A stretch of DNA of 46,830 nt from Verrucomicrobiales bacterium (GCA_003138485.1 PLGF01000083.1:50333-97162), one strand, 5' to 3'. Positions 9,301 to 21,205 are shown, counted from the first letter of the stretch. Notes: generated by a model not told the origin, from the letters alone. Numbers and translations: made by a program.

Positions 9301-10625
9301 GCGTAAATGTTCGGCTTTTGATTGGCAAACTCAAACGGCACATAGAACTTGGTCGTGTCCAATATCGCATTTGCCTGGTAGGCCTGCGGGTCTTGTATGG
9401 CATCATCCCATTCCAGAGGCATGGTAGTGGTGATATCAAAGCTGTTGGGCCGGCCATAGCCATTGGCATAGGCCGCATTGATGGCCAGTTGAGACGAGCT
9501 CAGTTCCCCCCCGCTGTCCAGCAGATAGATCGAGTTGGAAACCGTCGTCTCCGTTGACAGATCCACCACCTGTTCGGTGAACTGCACGATTTCGCCAACC
9601 CCCACCTGCGTGGGCGGCACCAGACTAGCTGCTGCCTGCACCTGCGGCTCGGGTGGGTAGAACAAGACATTGGCGGAGATGTTGGGATCATTGAAGTTGG
9701 TGTTAACCAACACCACGGTGTAATAAAAATTCGTCGCATTTGGGACATTTGGGACGCCTGTTTGGCTGGTTGAGACGTAGGCGGTCATGTTCGCCAGTGA
9801 GCCTTCGAAAAGCCCCGTCAGACCCAGTCCGGTCACCACACCCGTTCCGCCCCCCCCCGCACTCACCACGGTCGTCCCCGCACCGTTTCCCCGCAAATTC
9901 AAAGTGGGAGTGGGACTGAGATACCAGGAGCCGGCGCTCACATCCTGCTGGAAACCGTTGGTCACGCCCCAAACGAGATCATAGACGGTCGGCGGATTCA
10001 CAAAATACTCGCTTGTTGACGTGTCAACAAAACTATCCAACTCATAAGTTCCGCCGCCGCCCGTCGTGTTGTACTCGGTGAGCACGTAGGAGTCCGAGGG
10101 ATATCCCGCCCCCACGAAACCGCCGGACAGGTCCACATTGTTTCCCGTCAATTGCAACAACCCCGCCTGGCCCACGAGCAGGGAGCCTGAGCTGACAATA
10201 TTGGTGGCATTGACCGTAATGCTCGATCCCAACGGACCACTTTCCGGGGGGAACTGTTCGAAGGCGGTGCCGGCTGTGTTCTCAACGTATTCAGGCACCG
10301 CCGGTTCGTCGATTACGACTATCGAGCCGGTGTTATAGAAAGTTGCGGCGCTGTGCTGGGTGGTGGCGGTGGTCGTGTTAAAGGCAAATCCAGGTTCGCC
10401 GAGCATAGTGCCCTGGTTGGTCCAATACAGCGTGTCCCGGGTGATGAAAGGCAGGAGGCCCGTACCAGCTTCGAACGTAGCTCCGATCCCATTGTCGAAG
10501 ATCACGGCATCGATATTGGACACCGACGAAACGATTCCCATGTTGACGTAAATCGGCGACGGGTTCGCCGCCAGAACAGCGGGCAACGCCAAACTGAGAA
10601 TTGCTATGCGAAGAAAATGTTTCAT
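6381..10625 (-). CDS. 1,414-aa secreted protein: beta-helix/haemagglutinin-like body, divergent InlB B-repeat-like module, and a beta-rich C-terminal domain of about 320 aa
   Basis: Signal peptide MKHFLRIAILSLALPAVLA; beta-helix-like strings (LLQLTGNNVDLSGG, RVEINAHTLKLANTRIQAEGVVTLNATNL); B-repeat-like ITVNGAGRVSP...YTLTAVASNGWNFAGW...VVANF; C-terminal GLYNGLF...SGVLLQNTGNARGYFLG...SGSVLL. Confidence 0.8.
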   Translation of the reverse strand: MKHFLRIAILSLALPAVLAANPSPIYVNMGIVSSVSNIDAVIFDNGIGATFEAGTGLLPFITRDTLYWTNQGTMLGEPGFAFNTTTATTQHSAATFYNTGSIVVIDEPAVPEYVENTAGTAFEQFPPESGPLGSSITVNATNIVSSGSLLVGQAGLLQLTGNNVDLSGGFVGAGYPSDSYVLTEYNTTGGGGTYELDSFVDTSTSEYFVNPPTVYDLVWGVTNGFQQDVSAGSWYLSPTPTLNLRGNGAGTTVVSAGGGGTGVVTGLGLTGLFEGSLANMTAYVSTSQTGVPNVPNATNFYYTVVLVNTNFNDPNISANVLFYPPEPQVQAAASLVPPTQVGVGEIVQFTEQVVDLSTETTVSNSIYLLDSGGELSSSQLAINAAYANGYGRPNSFDITTTMPLEWDDAIQDPQAYQANAILDTTKFYVPFEFANQKPNIYAAAYAVQVGRDPEVLGGLDPATSDTLGSAEVDLPDPTNEAGRVEINAHTLKLANTRIQAEGVVTLNATNLVGATYGSEWGNFNSSLGSRTNKSLLVSNVFPAAFHRLRGDIAAWSATWSNTQTNDNKGNTNAAFSVTNNWYYHILVVNQDLRGTYQSTALNLALRATNVVVQDNLRVLNSVLITATNLTLNGTNVFTENAGSLTQANLPELKSLLINSNAIVEVDNEFDIGYDQDKGTTGPAGRKYTVNSVTNLGLVEGAVLMFDCASFENDGLLYGDEGAILVEAGALDMGRQAPGIMEAYSTITLSAHAIQVSGSTIYAGASGSGALILDTDATGELTDLVSGAPSTNTPLVNYWETTDGFTLLQKPATGDLFGTEIVTIAEGLSVVDHVWAGTDMGAKAAGFVNNVVIGHLTLSLQSTNATLRFTGAGAKNGMYVDYLDFDTNSLFNTDFQSGLLIDSNLTIYFADSNIDPFKLQFAYSNRLVWVPDFAGPNSTQAVPYKNSSQVCLMNAALATSPDISFFPGFPPNYDRQPYVLNNPTNSAIYLDCPGQEATESAFLISRSGTNLAMASITVNGAGRVSPVVKSSQLALGKTYTLTAVASNGWNFAGWGLSGSDVISSNGAVLKFKLEGDTEVVANFVEQPFFPLQGLYNGLFYPTNQFDPANSGFITLALSRSGAYSGRLAMGPQTYRFSHKFPTNGVDQVIAKDGKRSPLTVNLHLDMTGKTNAITGDVPAASDAQLWADLSPVWTAKDTSPFAMKYTGSLPWVSDVPGVFAGDSYVTATVGKLGLLSAIGGLADGTTFSQSVPVSKSGRWPFYGYVAAGNDLIMGWVNVSGDGLASTDVTWSKGTNKARYYGGTVFTNALSLLGSPYEPNAPLQLASPVVIASGAGVPQISNSVTLDKSLSYTSAVVTLRVQAAAGTFSGRLVVNTNTGERVKMSGVLLQNTGNARGYFLGGAGTNDSGSVLLQSQ

Positions 10626-10640
10626 ATCGTTGGATGGATT

Positions 10641-12185
10641 CTACTGCGCACCCGCCCCCCCCGTGCTCCCCGTGGCATTCGTAGCCTGATCATTAACCGG
10701 ATCCCATGTCATAACAGACCCCTGGCCGTTTACGTCCGGGTTCAAGACCTGATCTTCCAACTGGGCATAACTCGTGCTGCCGGTGGGAAATATCACCGGG
10801 GGGTTGGTGGACCCGTCAAATGACGACCACACGAAGTTCGAAGACACTATAGTCCCTTGATCCAGATAGCTTGGGTTCTCATTGTACACAGTGGGACCAA
10901 CCGAGTTGAAGGTGATGAGAAGGCCGGGCGAAAAAACGCTGCTGACCGTGTTCCCTCCCGCCGATGTCTGCGTGACGCCGTTGACCACATAACCGGCGGT
11001 GCCGCCGGAAAGACCGCGATTGACGGTCGGATAAGTAAGGGGATTTCCGGTCACGATCAAGTCTCCCGCCGATATGATGATGTCGGGCGCGGTCACCGTG
11101 CGCGTCACCTGCAACTGGTACAATAACCCATTGGTGACAAACGGTATCTTATAATGATAGACAACGGGCGTGAAGGTCGTGCTCAACTGCGCATTGTAAT
11201 GCACCTTCACAAACCTGATTTTCTCCACCCCGCCATAAACCCCGGCGTTGTTTGTGGCCGCGGCCGTCCCAGTCCCCGTCGCAGTCGTCGTCGTCGTGTT
11301 GGTGGTGGAAACAATTTCCCACGAACCGGAAACGGCGCCCCCCGCAACCGCTTCAGTATCCAACGCCTCAACGTTGTAATTGTTCTTCCTATACAGAAAG
11401 CGCAGGCCGCCGACGTCGTCCCGGGTCAGGCCCAGATAATAGCCGCCCTCATTCAGACCCTCTTTCGTCGCCACAGCCGTAAAAAGCAAGCCGTACTTGG
11501 CGGCATCGGAGGGTTGTTCGATCGCATCGGCGACCTGAATGGCGAGGGGGCAGGCATCGACGATCTGATAGTTGTATAAGGTTCCATTGACGTACGGGCT
11601 GGGCGTGAAAGTGTCGGGATCAAAACTGCGGTTGATGACCAGGTAGTCATACGCGCAAGCCGGGGGCGCGGGTTCCGATATGCGCACCCGCAAGTCCCAG
11701 ACGTGGGTTTCGCCAATCAGCCCCATGTGTTCGAGCATCAGTCCCAGCGTCCCCGACTTCAAATCGATCATATCCAGGGCCTGGGCGGAGTAGTTAATCT
11801 GCTGGTTGCCTTGGGTCAGGTACTTGCTCAGTTTGACGCTCGAAGCCGCCGGGATCGCATTCAAAACAGCCATCGCGGCATCAACCGCCTTCTCTCCTTT
11901 AGTGCCGAAATAGTGCAGAAAGGCCTCGTCATAGGCATAAGTGATGATCGGCACATTCAAACGCCCCCCCTCGCCAAAATTCTTGGTCGCGCCCAATTCA
12001 GTGTAGGTGCTGTTCGCGGACCAATAAAAACGTCTGGTGACATAATTCATGTCCGTGGTCTCCCATGTCTCCGCGGGACCCCAAAGGGAGAATGCCAAGG
12101 CGTTCCCGGCGGTCGCCGCCGCCGCCAGCAACCAGACTGAGATTCTCAAAACTCGCGACATAAAGGTTGGAATTACGGTTCGCAT
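10641..12185 (-). CDS. Secreted matrixin (M10)-like protein with a degenerate zinc-binding motif
   Basis: Start moved to ATG 12185, directly after the upstream stop. Signal peptide ...LLAAAATAGNALA; ITYAYD...AVDAAMAVLN; MMP-like C-terminal helix LTRDDVGGLRFLY; HExxHxxGxxH replaced by GLMLEHMGLIG. Confidence 0.65.
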   Translation of the reverse strand: MRTVIPTFMSRVLRISVWLLAAAATAGNALAFSLWGPAETWETTDMNYVTRRFYWSANSTYTELGATKNFGEGGRLNVPIITYAYDEAFLHYFGTKGEKAVDAAMAVLNAIPAASSVKLSKYLTQGNQQINYSAQALDMIDLKSGTLGLMLEHMGLIGETHVWDLRVRISEPAPPACAYDYLVINRSFDPDTFTPSPYVNGTLYNYQIVDACPLAIQVADAIEQPSDAAKYGLLFTAVATKEGLNEGGYYLGLTRDDVGGLRFLYRKNNYNVEALDTEAVAGGAVSGSWEIVSTTNTTTTTATGTGTAAATNNAGVYGGVEKIRFVKVHYNAQLSTTFTPVVYHYKIPFVTNGLLYQLQVTRTVTAPDIIISAGDLIVTGNPLTYPTVNRGLSGGTAGYVVNGVTQTSAGGNTVSSVFSPGLLITFNSVGPTVYNENPSYLDQGTIVSSNFVWSSFDGSTNPPVIFPTGSTSYAQLEDQVLNPDVNGQGSVMTWDPVNDQATNATGSTGGAGAQ

Positions 12186-12186
12186 C

Positions 12187-13485
12187 TTAAGGTGATGGTG
12201 ATGAACTGAGAACATACGCCTGGCCATAAAGATCATATCCCGCCCCGGCGACTTGAAAACTGGTCCAGACGACCAAGAAACGATCCACTCCGTTCCAAGC
12301 CACTGCCGGGTGCATCTGTCGATTGCGCCAGGTGGTGTTCACCTGAAAATCATTCGTACCCGAAACCTGCGTTCCGCCGGCCAAAAAGCGGCCAAAGACG
12401 CCTTCCCGCGAGCCGTCCTGGCCCAGGCTGGTCCACACCACCAGGCTCCCGGCCGGGCCGGCAGCGATTTGAGGGTGGTATTGATCTCCGTATAGGTACG
12501 TGTTGATCCGAAATTCGTACGGGCTTAAACCGGAGCCAGATGGAGAAAAGGCCCTGCCCCAAACGTCCCAACTATTGGTCGGCGCCAAGGTATCCTTCTG
12601 GCTCCAAACAACCGTGAATCCGCCGTCGTTAAGGGGCGCCACCGCCGGACTGTCACACTGGTTGGGATAGTTGGCGCGGGCGTTGATCGGGATCTCGTCC
12701 GTTTGGGGAACGCCCGCCGGACTAAAGATGCGCGCGTAAACATCCGAACTGTTGGCATACCGCTCCTGCTCGGAAATCCAGACGATAACGTAGTTGCCGT
12801 TGGCAAGGGTGGCAACCGCGGGAGCACGCTGGTTATAGCTGGTGTATTGGTTGACCAGAAACTCCTTCTCAGGCATCTTCCCGGTCGCGAGCACTCTTCG
12901 GGCGTAAATCCCCCAAAGGCTCCCGTCCTGACCAAAGCTCTGCCAAACGACGACGGCGCTGCCATCCGGCAACGGCGCCACCTCCGGGTCCGTTTGCTGC
13001 TCGGTGATATAGGAGTTGAGGCGCAGGTCTATGGTGTAAAAGTTGCTTCCGTAGTCGTTGGTGTCTTTGGAGTTGCGAGCCAGGCGGGCATAAATATCCG
13101 GCGTGCCAGCCGCCGAACTTTCCCAAACGGAAATGATGCGGCCATTGGCCAGGAGCTGGACCTTTGGCTTGATCTGGTCGCCTGTCTTGGTTTTATTGAC
13201 ACAGAAAATCGGCGACGCGCCAAAGCTGGTGTTCAGAAGCGCCCCTCCGACTCCCGCCCCGTGCTTGTCCACCACGTTGTCCTGCCAGACCAGGATGCCG
13301 GCCGATGGCGCCAACGACAAGCTCGGAAGGACTTGGTCGCCCTTGACAGCGCCCAGGATGGAGAATTCACCGCCTTGCGGCACGACGGTTACCTGTCCCA
13401 TCAGGGCCACCGAACCAGCAAGAAAAAACCCCAAGCAGAGACATCTGGGAACAGATAACATAACATCCTTATGATACTTAATCAT
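12187..13485 (-). CDS. Secreted repeat protein, probable beta-propeller (EFxVN...QxxPxVA...GxFVVVW repeats)
   Basis: Hydrophobic N-terminus, then about 7 repeats such as EFLVNQYTSYNQRAPAVATLANGNYVIVWIS...DVYARIF and DFQVNTTWRNRQMHPAVAWNGVDRFLVVWTS. The start could be ATG 13461. Confidence 0.8.
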   Translation of the reverse strand: MIKYHKDVMLSVPRCLCLGFFLAGSVALMGQVTVVPQGGEFSILGAVKGDQVLPSLSLAPSAGILVWQDNVVDKHGAGVGGALLNTSFGASPIFCVNKTKTGDQIKPKVQLLANGRIISVWESSAAGTPDIYARLARNSKDTNDYGSNFYTIDLRLNSYITEQQTDPEVAPLPDGSAVVVWQSFGQDGSLWGIYARRVLATGKMPEKEFLVNQYTSYNQRAPAVATLANGNYVIVWISEQERYANSSDVYARIFSPAGVPQTDEIPINARANYPNQCDSPAVAPLNDGGFTVVWSQKDTLAPTNSWDVWGRAFSPSGSGLSPYEFRINTYLYGDQYHPQIAAGPAGSLVVWTSLGQDGSREGVFGRFLAGGTQVSGTNDFQVNTTWRNRQMHPAVAWNGVDRFLVVWTSFQVAGAGYDLYGQAYVLSSSPSP

Positions 13486-14400
13486 TTATATCAAAACTCC
13501 CTCTTTTTGTCCACTCAAATCCAGTTCACGGAGCAGGGACGTGAATCCCCAGAGGCTGTAAAGACGCCGCAGCATGTCGTTGTCGCAATCCTTGGTCGTT
13601 AATGCCTCCAAATTCGTCCCGCAGGGCACCTCCCAATTCAATCGGACCAGTTCCTGGTTCCGCCGAACCAGTTCCGCTGACGCTTCCAATGCCGCCCGGA
13701 GGCGGTCTGAGCGGACTTCCGCCAAGCGCCGAAACAACTCGGAAATAGAACCAAACTGGTGCAACAAATCAGCAGCAGTTTTTGAGCCAACACCCGGCAC
13801 ACCCGGAATGTTATCGACCGAGTCCCCCACCAAACTCAACCAATCGACGATTTGTGCAGGTTCCACGCCCGTCTTGGCGCGCACCTCATCCGCGCCCCAA
13901 AGGGTTTCGATCTTGTCGCCCGGATTGATGAGACTGACCTGCGGCCCAACCAGTTGCATGAAATCCTTGTCCGAGCTGGCTATGATGACCTCCCAGCCTG
14001 CGGCGACCGCTTGATGGGCCAGAGCCGCGATGCAATCGTCGGCTTCGCACCCCTCTTGCAGGCACGAAGCAATGTTCGCCGCACGCAAATAAGCCACAAT
14101 CTCATCCAGTTGCCGCTCCAAATCGGGCGGCATCGGGGGCCGTTGGGCCTTATACTCCGGCAGCAAACTCATTCTTTCCCGTGCCAGGCCGCCATCCCAA
14201 ACCACCACCGCATGAGATGGCTTGGCCCTGGAGAGGACCTTGTCCAACATGCGAATGAACCCGTAGATCGCATTGGTCGCCACTCCGTCCGGCGAAGTCA
14301 GCGCCCGAATCGCGTAAAACGCCCGATACGCGTACGCATGCCCGTCCACGATCAACAATCGCGCCGTCCGCGCCGGTTCAGATGTGGGATTGCTTGGCAT
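13486..14400 (-). CDS. Stand-alone 5'-3' exonuclease/flap endonuclease (Pol I N-terminal domain family)
   Basis: LLIVDGHAYAYRAFY, VVWDG, YKAQR, EADD, SSDKD, GDSVDNIPGVPGVGSKTA (H3TH). It ends at about 304 aa with no polymerase domain. Confidence 0.92.
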   Translation of the reverse strand: MPSNPTSEPARTARLLIVDGHAYAYRAFYAIRALTSPDGVATNAIYGFIRMLDKVLSRAKPSHAVVVWDGGLARERMSLLPEYKAQRPPMPPDLERQLDEIVAYLRAANIASCLQEGCEADDCIAALAHQAVAAGWEVIIASSDKDFMQLVGPQVSLINPGDKIETLWGADEVRAKTGVEPAQIVDWLSLVGDSVDNIPGVPGVGSKTAADLLHQFGSISELFRRLAEVRSDRLRAALEASAELVRRNQELVRLNWEVPCGTNLEALTTKDCDNDMLRRLYSLWGFTSLLRELDLSGQKEGVLI

Positions 14401-14462
14401 GAAGATGTTCACGTTTGGCGCCGCGTTGCCGCTCCGGCCTGCCGGCGATTCAAGCCATTGTT

Positions 14463-17315
<2,853 letters not shown>

Positions 17316-17345
17316 TTTAAAAATCCAATCTCCGTCACCGGACCC

Positions 17346-18131
17346 CTATTTCCATCTGATTACGGTCTTCTTGTTTGTTTTTGTGGCCTGAACTCTAACG
17401 GCATTAGCGGTGATTTCAATAACATTATATGATTCCCCATCCAGTGTCAGGGGACTGTTGACGCGCACCCTGCCCATCGTCTTCCCCTCCGGTTCATATT
17501 TCAAATCCGCCACGTAACCATCCACGCGCTGGTAGGGCTTGTCCTTCGTGACAGCCGCCGTGTCTCCCGTGTCCGGAATCTCCAGGTCCAATTCTGTAGG
17601 GTCATCCGCAGCACCTTTGATGCCGCGGATGATGTAAAGGCCCGAAGTGGGCTTTACGCCCACCTTGGCATACTCCTGAATCTTCCGCGGAAGGTGAAGC
17701 AGGTCCGCGTCGATCTGCCAGGTCATGACGTATATGCCGCCGTTCCCGCTGGCGTGATCGAACGATATGATCGTGTAGCGGGGAGTGATGTTCAACACCG
17801 TCAGGGCGTCCGGCCCGGACTTCAACAATTTGAGCAATTCACCGTTGGGTTTGCGCTTCCACGTCACCGGGTTGAACAAATTGTGGTCTCCCGAAAAGAC
17901 GACCGCCGGCGCGTTGGTGATTTGCGACAAGGCCTGTTGGTCGGCGGTTAAGTCCAGCGGTGGCACCGCGGCCGGCCCCCTTCCCCTTCCCTCCCTCCCC
18001 TTTGTGGGTGGCGCGGAAATGTCGCTCGATACGTGCCCGATCTCCACTTTGATCCAAATCGCGGAACCTGCCAGGCCAAGCAATACCAGGCACAAGACAA
18101 TCTTCTCGTAATGTCGCTTCAAGAATTGCAT
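17346..18131 (-). CDS. Membrane-anchored pilus/secretion accessory protein (Amuc_1099-like, PilP position)
   Basis: MQFLKRHYEKIVLCLVLLGL N-terminal TM helix and beta-rich C-terminus; lies between the Amuc_1100-like gene and the secretin. Confidence 0.65.
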   Translation of the reverse strand: MQFLKRHYEKIVLCLVLLGLAGSAIWIKVEIGHVSSDISAPPTKGREGRGRGPAAVPPLDLTADQQALSQITNAPAVVFSGDHNLFNPVTWKRKPNGELLKLLKSGPDALTVLNITPRYTIISFDHASGNGGIYVMTWQIDADLLHLPRKIQEYAKVGVKPTSGLYIIRGIKGAADDPTELDLEIPDTGDTAAVTKDKPYQRVDGYVADLKYEPEGKTMGRVRVNSPLTLDGESYNVIEITANAVRVQATKTNKKTVIRWK

Positions 18132-18142
18132 GAAGGTTCCGC

Positions 18143-19093
18143 TTATTTGAGTCTGACCACGTCCACCGCCACCGTGACGAACAACAGGCTCTCCGCGAGA
18201 ATGACCTGCGGCGCCGACGCCACGACCACCACCGGCGCTTGCACTTGCTGCGGCGGGCGGTAATCGTCCCCAGCGCCCATCTGTCGGCGCAGGCGCCCCG
18301 GGGGATTGGGCCGGGACGGAACGCCCGGCACCGGCACAGGCCCCTCATCGTCCGACGCCGGGGCCAGGATCGGGATGGCCTCCGAGGATTGTTTCACATC
18401 AATGTCCTTGACGATGAAACAGTTGCTGGACCCGGCGAATCCAGCCAGCACCGCCGCGACTTCCGGGCTAAAGCCGCGGAAACTGATAACGTACGGCGTC
18501 ACCACTCCGGTTTGATTGGACACGGTGGTGGCCGCGAGGAAATCACCTCCCATGAAGTCATCGTTGCAAACCGAGACGCGCTGCAGCCCCACCAGATAAT
18601 TGATCTTGGCGGCGCACAAAACACGCATGATCGCCTTGATCTCTTCCAACTGCTGCATCCACGGCCCGATGCACTCGGACGAATAACTCAATCTGTTCCT
18701 TTGCACCCCAAACGTGAATTCGTAGTCGGGCGGCAACATCACCCCGGAGTTCGTCGCCGCCACGCCCAACTCAACAATCGTCTTTTGTAAATAGTCCTTG
18801 AATCCCTCCTCGTTCACCGTCGGGGGCGTCGGAACCGGCGCGAACGCCTTGCGGAAATCCTGCAGAAACGCCTTCGCCCGTTCCTGGTCCGCTTTCGCGG
18901 TGGCAATGCTCTCCTGGTTCAAATTGGGGTTTTTCTGCAAATCCTTCAGGCTGGTCACAGTCGTGCCGTATTCTTCGCTCACACCCTTGTTGTCACGCAA
19001 GGCCTCAAAAAGCAGGAACCCGCAGTATCCCGTGACGGCCAGGCCAATCGCCACGGTGATGACGAAGAAGAGGTTGCGTTTGATCCAGGCCAT
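18143..19093 (-). CDS. Amuc_1100-family pilus-like protein (PilO position)
   Basis: 316 aa: N-terminal TM, coiled coil, FKDYLQKT...FTFG...QLEEIKAIM...PYVISFRG...FIVKDIDV, Pro-rich loop, terminal LFVTVAVDVVRL. Layout and size match Akkermansia Amuc_1100 as I recall it, and the synteny fits. Confidence 0.75.
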   Translation of the reverse strand: MAWIKRNLFFVITVAIGLAVTGYCGFLLFEALRDNKGVSEEYGTTVTSLKDLQKNPNLNQESIATAKADQERAKAFLQDFRKAFAPVPTPPTVNEEGFKDYLQKTIVELGVAATNSGVMLPPDYEFTFGVQRNRLSYSSECIGPWMQQLEEIKAIMRVLCAAKINYLVGLQRVSVCNDDFMGGDFLAATTVSNQTGVVTPYVISFRGFSPEVAAVLAGFAGSSNCFIVKDIDVKQSSEAIPILAPASDDEGPVPVPGVPSRPNPPGRLRRQMGAGDDYRPPQQVQAPVVVVASAPQVILAESLLFVTVAVDVVRLK

Positions 19094-19097
19094 ACTC

Positions 19098-21011
19098 TTA
19101 CAGTTTGAAGGGCTTGGCCAGCTTCACTTTCAATGAAAACGTGAAGGTGTTGGTGTTGGAGTAGTCCGGTGTCAGCGGGTCCGTGAAGGTCGCATCCGTG
19201 AAGGTCCGATTGGTTGCCCCCACGGCATGGTAGTTGGTCATGCACTGCTGGAGCGCAAAGGCCAGGTGCGTGTTGGCTGGTTCCGGCCGGCTGACCCCCC
19301 GGCAGAGCAGTTGGATTTCAGAAATCTCATTCGCCCCGGTAATTACCGCTGGGACAGTCCGCGCCCGCGCCTGCTGCTGTTCCTGCGTCGCCCCCCCAGA
19401 TCTGCCGCCGCGCCGATCCCTTGAGGGGCGCCTTGAACCACCGCCACCGCCCCCTCCCTCCGCCCCGGCCCCGAAGGGACTCCCATTGGGCAGGATTGGA
19501 TTGAACTCCTGCACCCATATCCCCACGTCTGTGTTGGTGCCGCCATTTTCCGGGGTTTGCAGCGCCGCCTTCTGATTGGCCTCGGTCTGCAGCAATACAT
19601 TGCGCAAGTCGGTCAAGACCTGCACCCAATAAAACCGGGTGTCAGCCAGCGTCTTCATCTCGTCGGCCTGTTTCTTTATGGCGTCCCGATCTCCCAGAGC
19701 GGCGGTGTACTGCTGGTTGAGGGTCGTCAACGACGCCAGCGGCGCCTTGATCTCCTGCACCCTCTTGGCCAGCTCGACGCCAATGCGTCTCTCGGCCATA
19801 TAGATCGCATAGACAACCAGCGCGAGGCTGAAGACCGATGCGACCAGGTAGGGCTTCTTGTGCCCGAATTCCTGGCGCTGAATCGAACTTCTGGGCATCA
19901 GATTCAACTCAACGGGGCAATGGGCCAAGTCCCTCAACCCCAGTCCCACCACCTCGCCGAAGGAATGCGCGCACTTGGAGAGGGCGTCCAAATCCAGGGC
20001 GGGATCTATCTCGATGTTGCGAAACGGGTTGAAGTAATCCACGGGCACATTGAGTTTCTCGGCAAAAAACTGCGCCGTGTACGGCATGATCGACGCGCCC
20101 CCGGAAAGGAACAAACGCTGCGGCGCCGAGCCGCCTTGCTGCCCGCGGAAGAATTGAATCGTTTGATTGACTTGAATGTGCAGGCGAGTCATCACCTGGC
20201 GGGCGATCTTGGCTATGGCCGCCGCCTGCGGGTCCTCAGGGTCCGCGTAGGCGCCCCCCAGGCTGACAGACCCCTTGTCGATCTTGACCGCCTCGGCCTC
20301 GGCAAACTTCAACTTCGCCTCGTTGGCGAAGTCCTGCGTGATGGCGTTGGCGCCGATGTTGATGCTGCGGGAATAAACCTTGCCCTTCTCAAAAAAGAGG
20401 AGGTTGCTCGTCTTGGCCCCGATGTCCAGCAGCATGGCGCATCCTTCGAGATCTCCGTAGTTGTAGCGAAAGGCGTTGCACAGCGCGGCGGGGGACACGT
20501 CCACCAGCTTCAAGCGAAGGCCCGCCCCCTCGGCCACCTTGAAAAGGCCCTCGACAATCTCCGACTTGACAGCCACCAGGAGCACCTCCAACTCCCCGGT
20601 GGCCGAGGTGCCCAATATCTGGTAATCCCACACCACCTCGTCCAGCGGAAAGGGGACGTTCTGCTGCGCTTCGTAGCGGATTATCTGAGTGACTTTGGAG
20701 GTGTCCACCGGCGGCAGCTTGACGAACTTGGAAAAGACGTGGAAGCCCGGAGCGCACGCGTTGATCTGCCGGGAGCCGTAAGCCTTCTCCGCCAGCAACT
20801 CCTGCAGCCCCTTTTGCATCGCCGCTTCGCGGGTCGCCTGGTCTTGCGAGCCTTCTATCCCCAGCGCCTTGATGCCGTATTGCTTAAGACGCAGCCCGCC
20901 CGCCTCGTTAGGCTCAAACTCGGCCAGCTTCAAACTGCCGGCTCCAAAATCGACAGCCAAAAATGATTTCGAATTTAGCATTGCATTCGCTGGCGCGACG
21001 CGCCCCGCCAT
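19098..21011 (-). CDS. pilM: Type IV pilus assembly protein PilM fused to a PilN-like TM/periplasmic domain (Amuc_1101-like)
   Basis: Actin-like fold motifs AVDFGAGSLKLAE, EAQQNVPFPLDEVVWDYQ, LLDIGAKTSNL, LFLSGGAS, VGLGLR, then ELNLMP (PilN INLLP-like), a TM helix and a coiled coil. RBS GGAAGGAA precedes ATG 21011. Confidence 0.9.
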   Translation of the reverse strand: MAGRVAPANAMLNSKSFLAVDFGAGSLKLAEFEPNEAGGLRLKQYGIKALGIEGSQDQATREAAMQKGLQELLAEKAYGSRQINACAPGFHVFSKFVKLPPVDTSKVTQIIRYEAQQNVPFPLDEVVWDYQILGTSATGELEVLLVAVKSEIVEGLFKVAEGAGLRLKLVDVSPAALCNAFRYNYGDLEGCAMLLDIGAKTSNLLFFEKGKVYSRSINIGANAITQDFANEAKLKFAEAEAVKIDKGSVSLGGAYADPEDPQAAAIAKIARQVMTRLHIQVNQTIQFFRGQQGGSAPQRLFLSGGASIMPYTAQFFAEKLNVPVDYFNPFRNIEIDPALDLDALSKCAHSFGEVVGLGLRDLAHCPVELNLMPRSSIQRQEFGHKKPYLVASVFSLALVVYAIYMAERRIGVELAKRVQEIKAPLASLTTLNQQYTAALGDRDAIKKQADEMKTLADTRFYWVQVLTDLRNVLLQTEANQKAALQTPENGGTNTDVGIWVQEFNPILPNGSPFGAGAEGGGGGGGSRRPSRDRRGGRSGGATQEQQQARARTVPAVITGANEISEIQLLCRGVSRPEPANTHLAFALQQCMTNYHAVGATNRTFTDATFTDPLTPDYSNTNTFTFSLKVKLAKPFKL

Positions 21012-21055
21012 TTCCTTCCATCGACAGGTCCGGTTTTCATGTAAAAAGTCCGTGC

Positions 21056-21084
21056 TAATTACTGCATATTCAACACAGGGTCAA
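21056..21084 (-). promoter_or_regulatory. Candidate sigma70-type promoter for the pilM operon (TTGACC-N17-TAATTA)
   Basis: AT-rich patch 45-75 nt upstream of pilM with canonical spacing; the -10 is imperfect. Confidence 0.4.
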
Positions 21085-21205
21085 TTGTTTTGATTAAAAA
21101 CTGCTCCCTAGCTGGCGGCGTGCCAGCCGCCACCGCCCACTGCCGCCCGGTTCTGCTTGAGACACAAAATTGTTTTGACGCGGCGGTTGGACCGCCTGTT
21201 TCTCG

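Noticed and set aside
12186-12236. His-rich N-terminus (VHHHHL) of the 531-aa ORF
   Set aside because: It overlaps the 3' end of the upstream gene and precedes the signal peptide; it is an artefact of choosing the farthest start.
13486-14412. Truncated polA pseudogene
   Set aside because: It ends cleanly after the 5' nuclease domain, with the next gene immediately following and no polymerase remnants. Stand-alone enzymes of this type are known.
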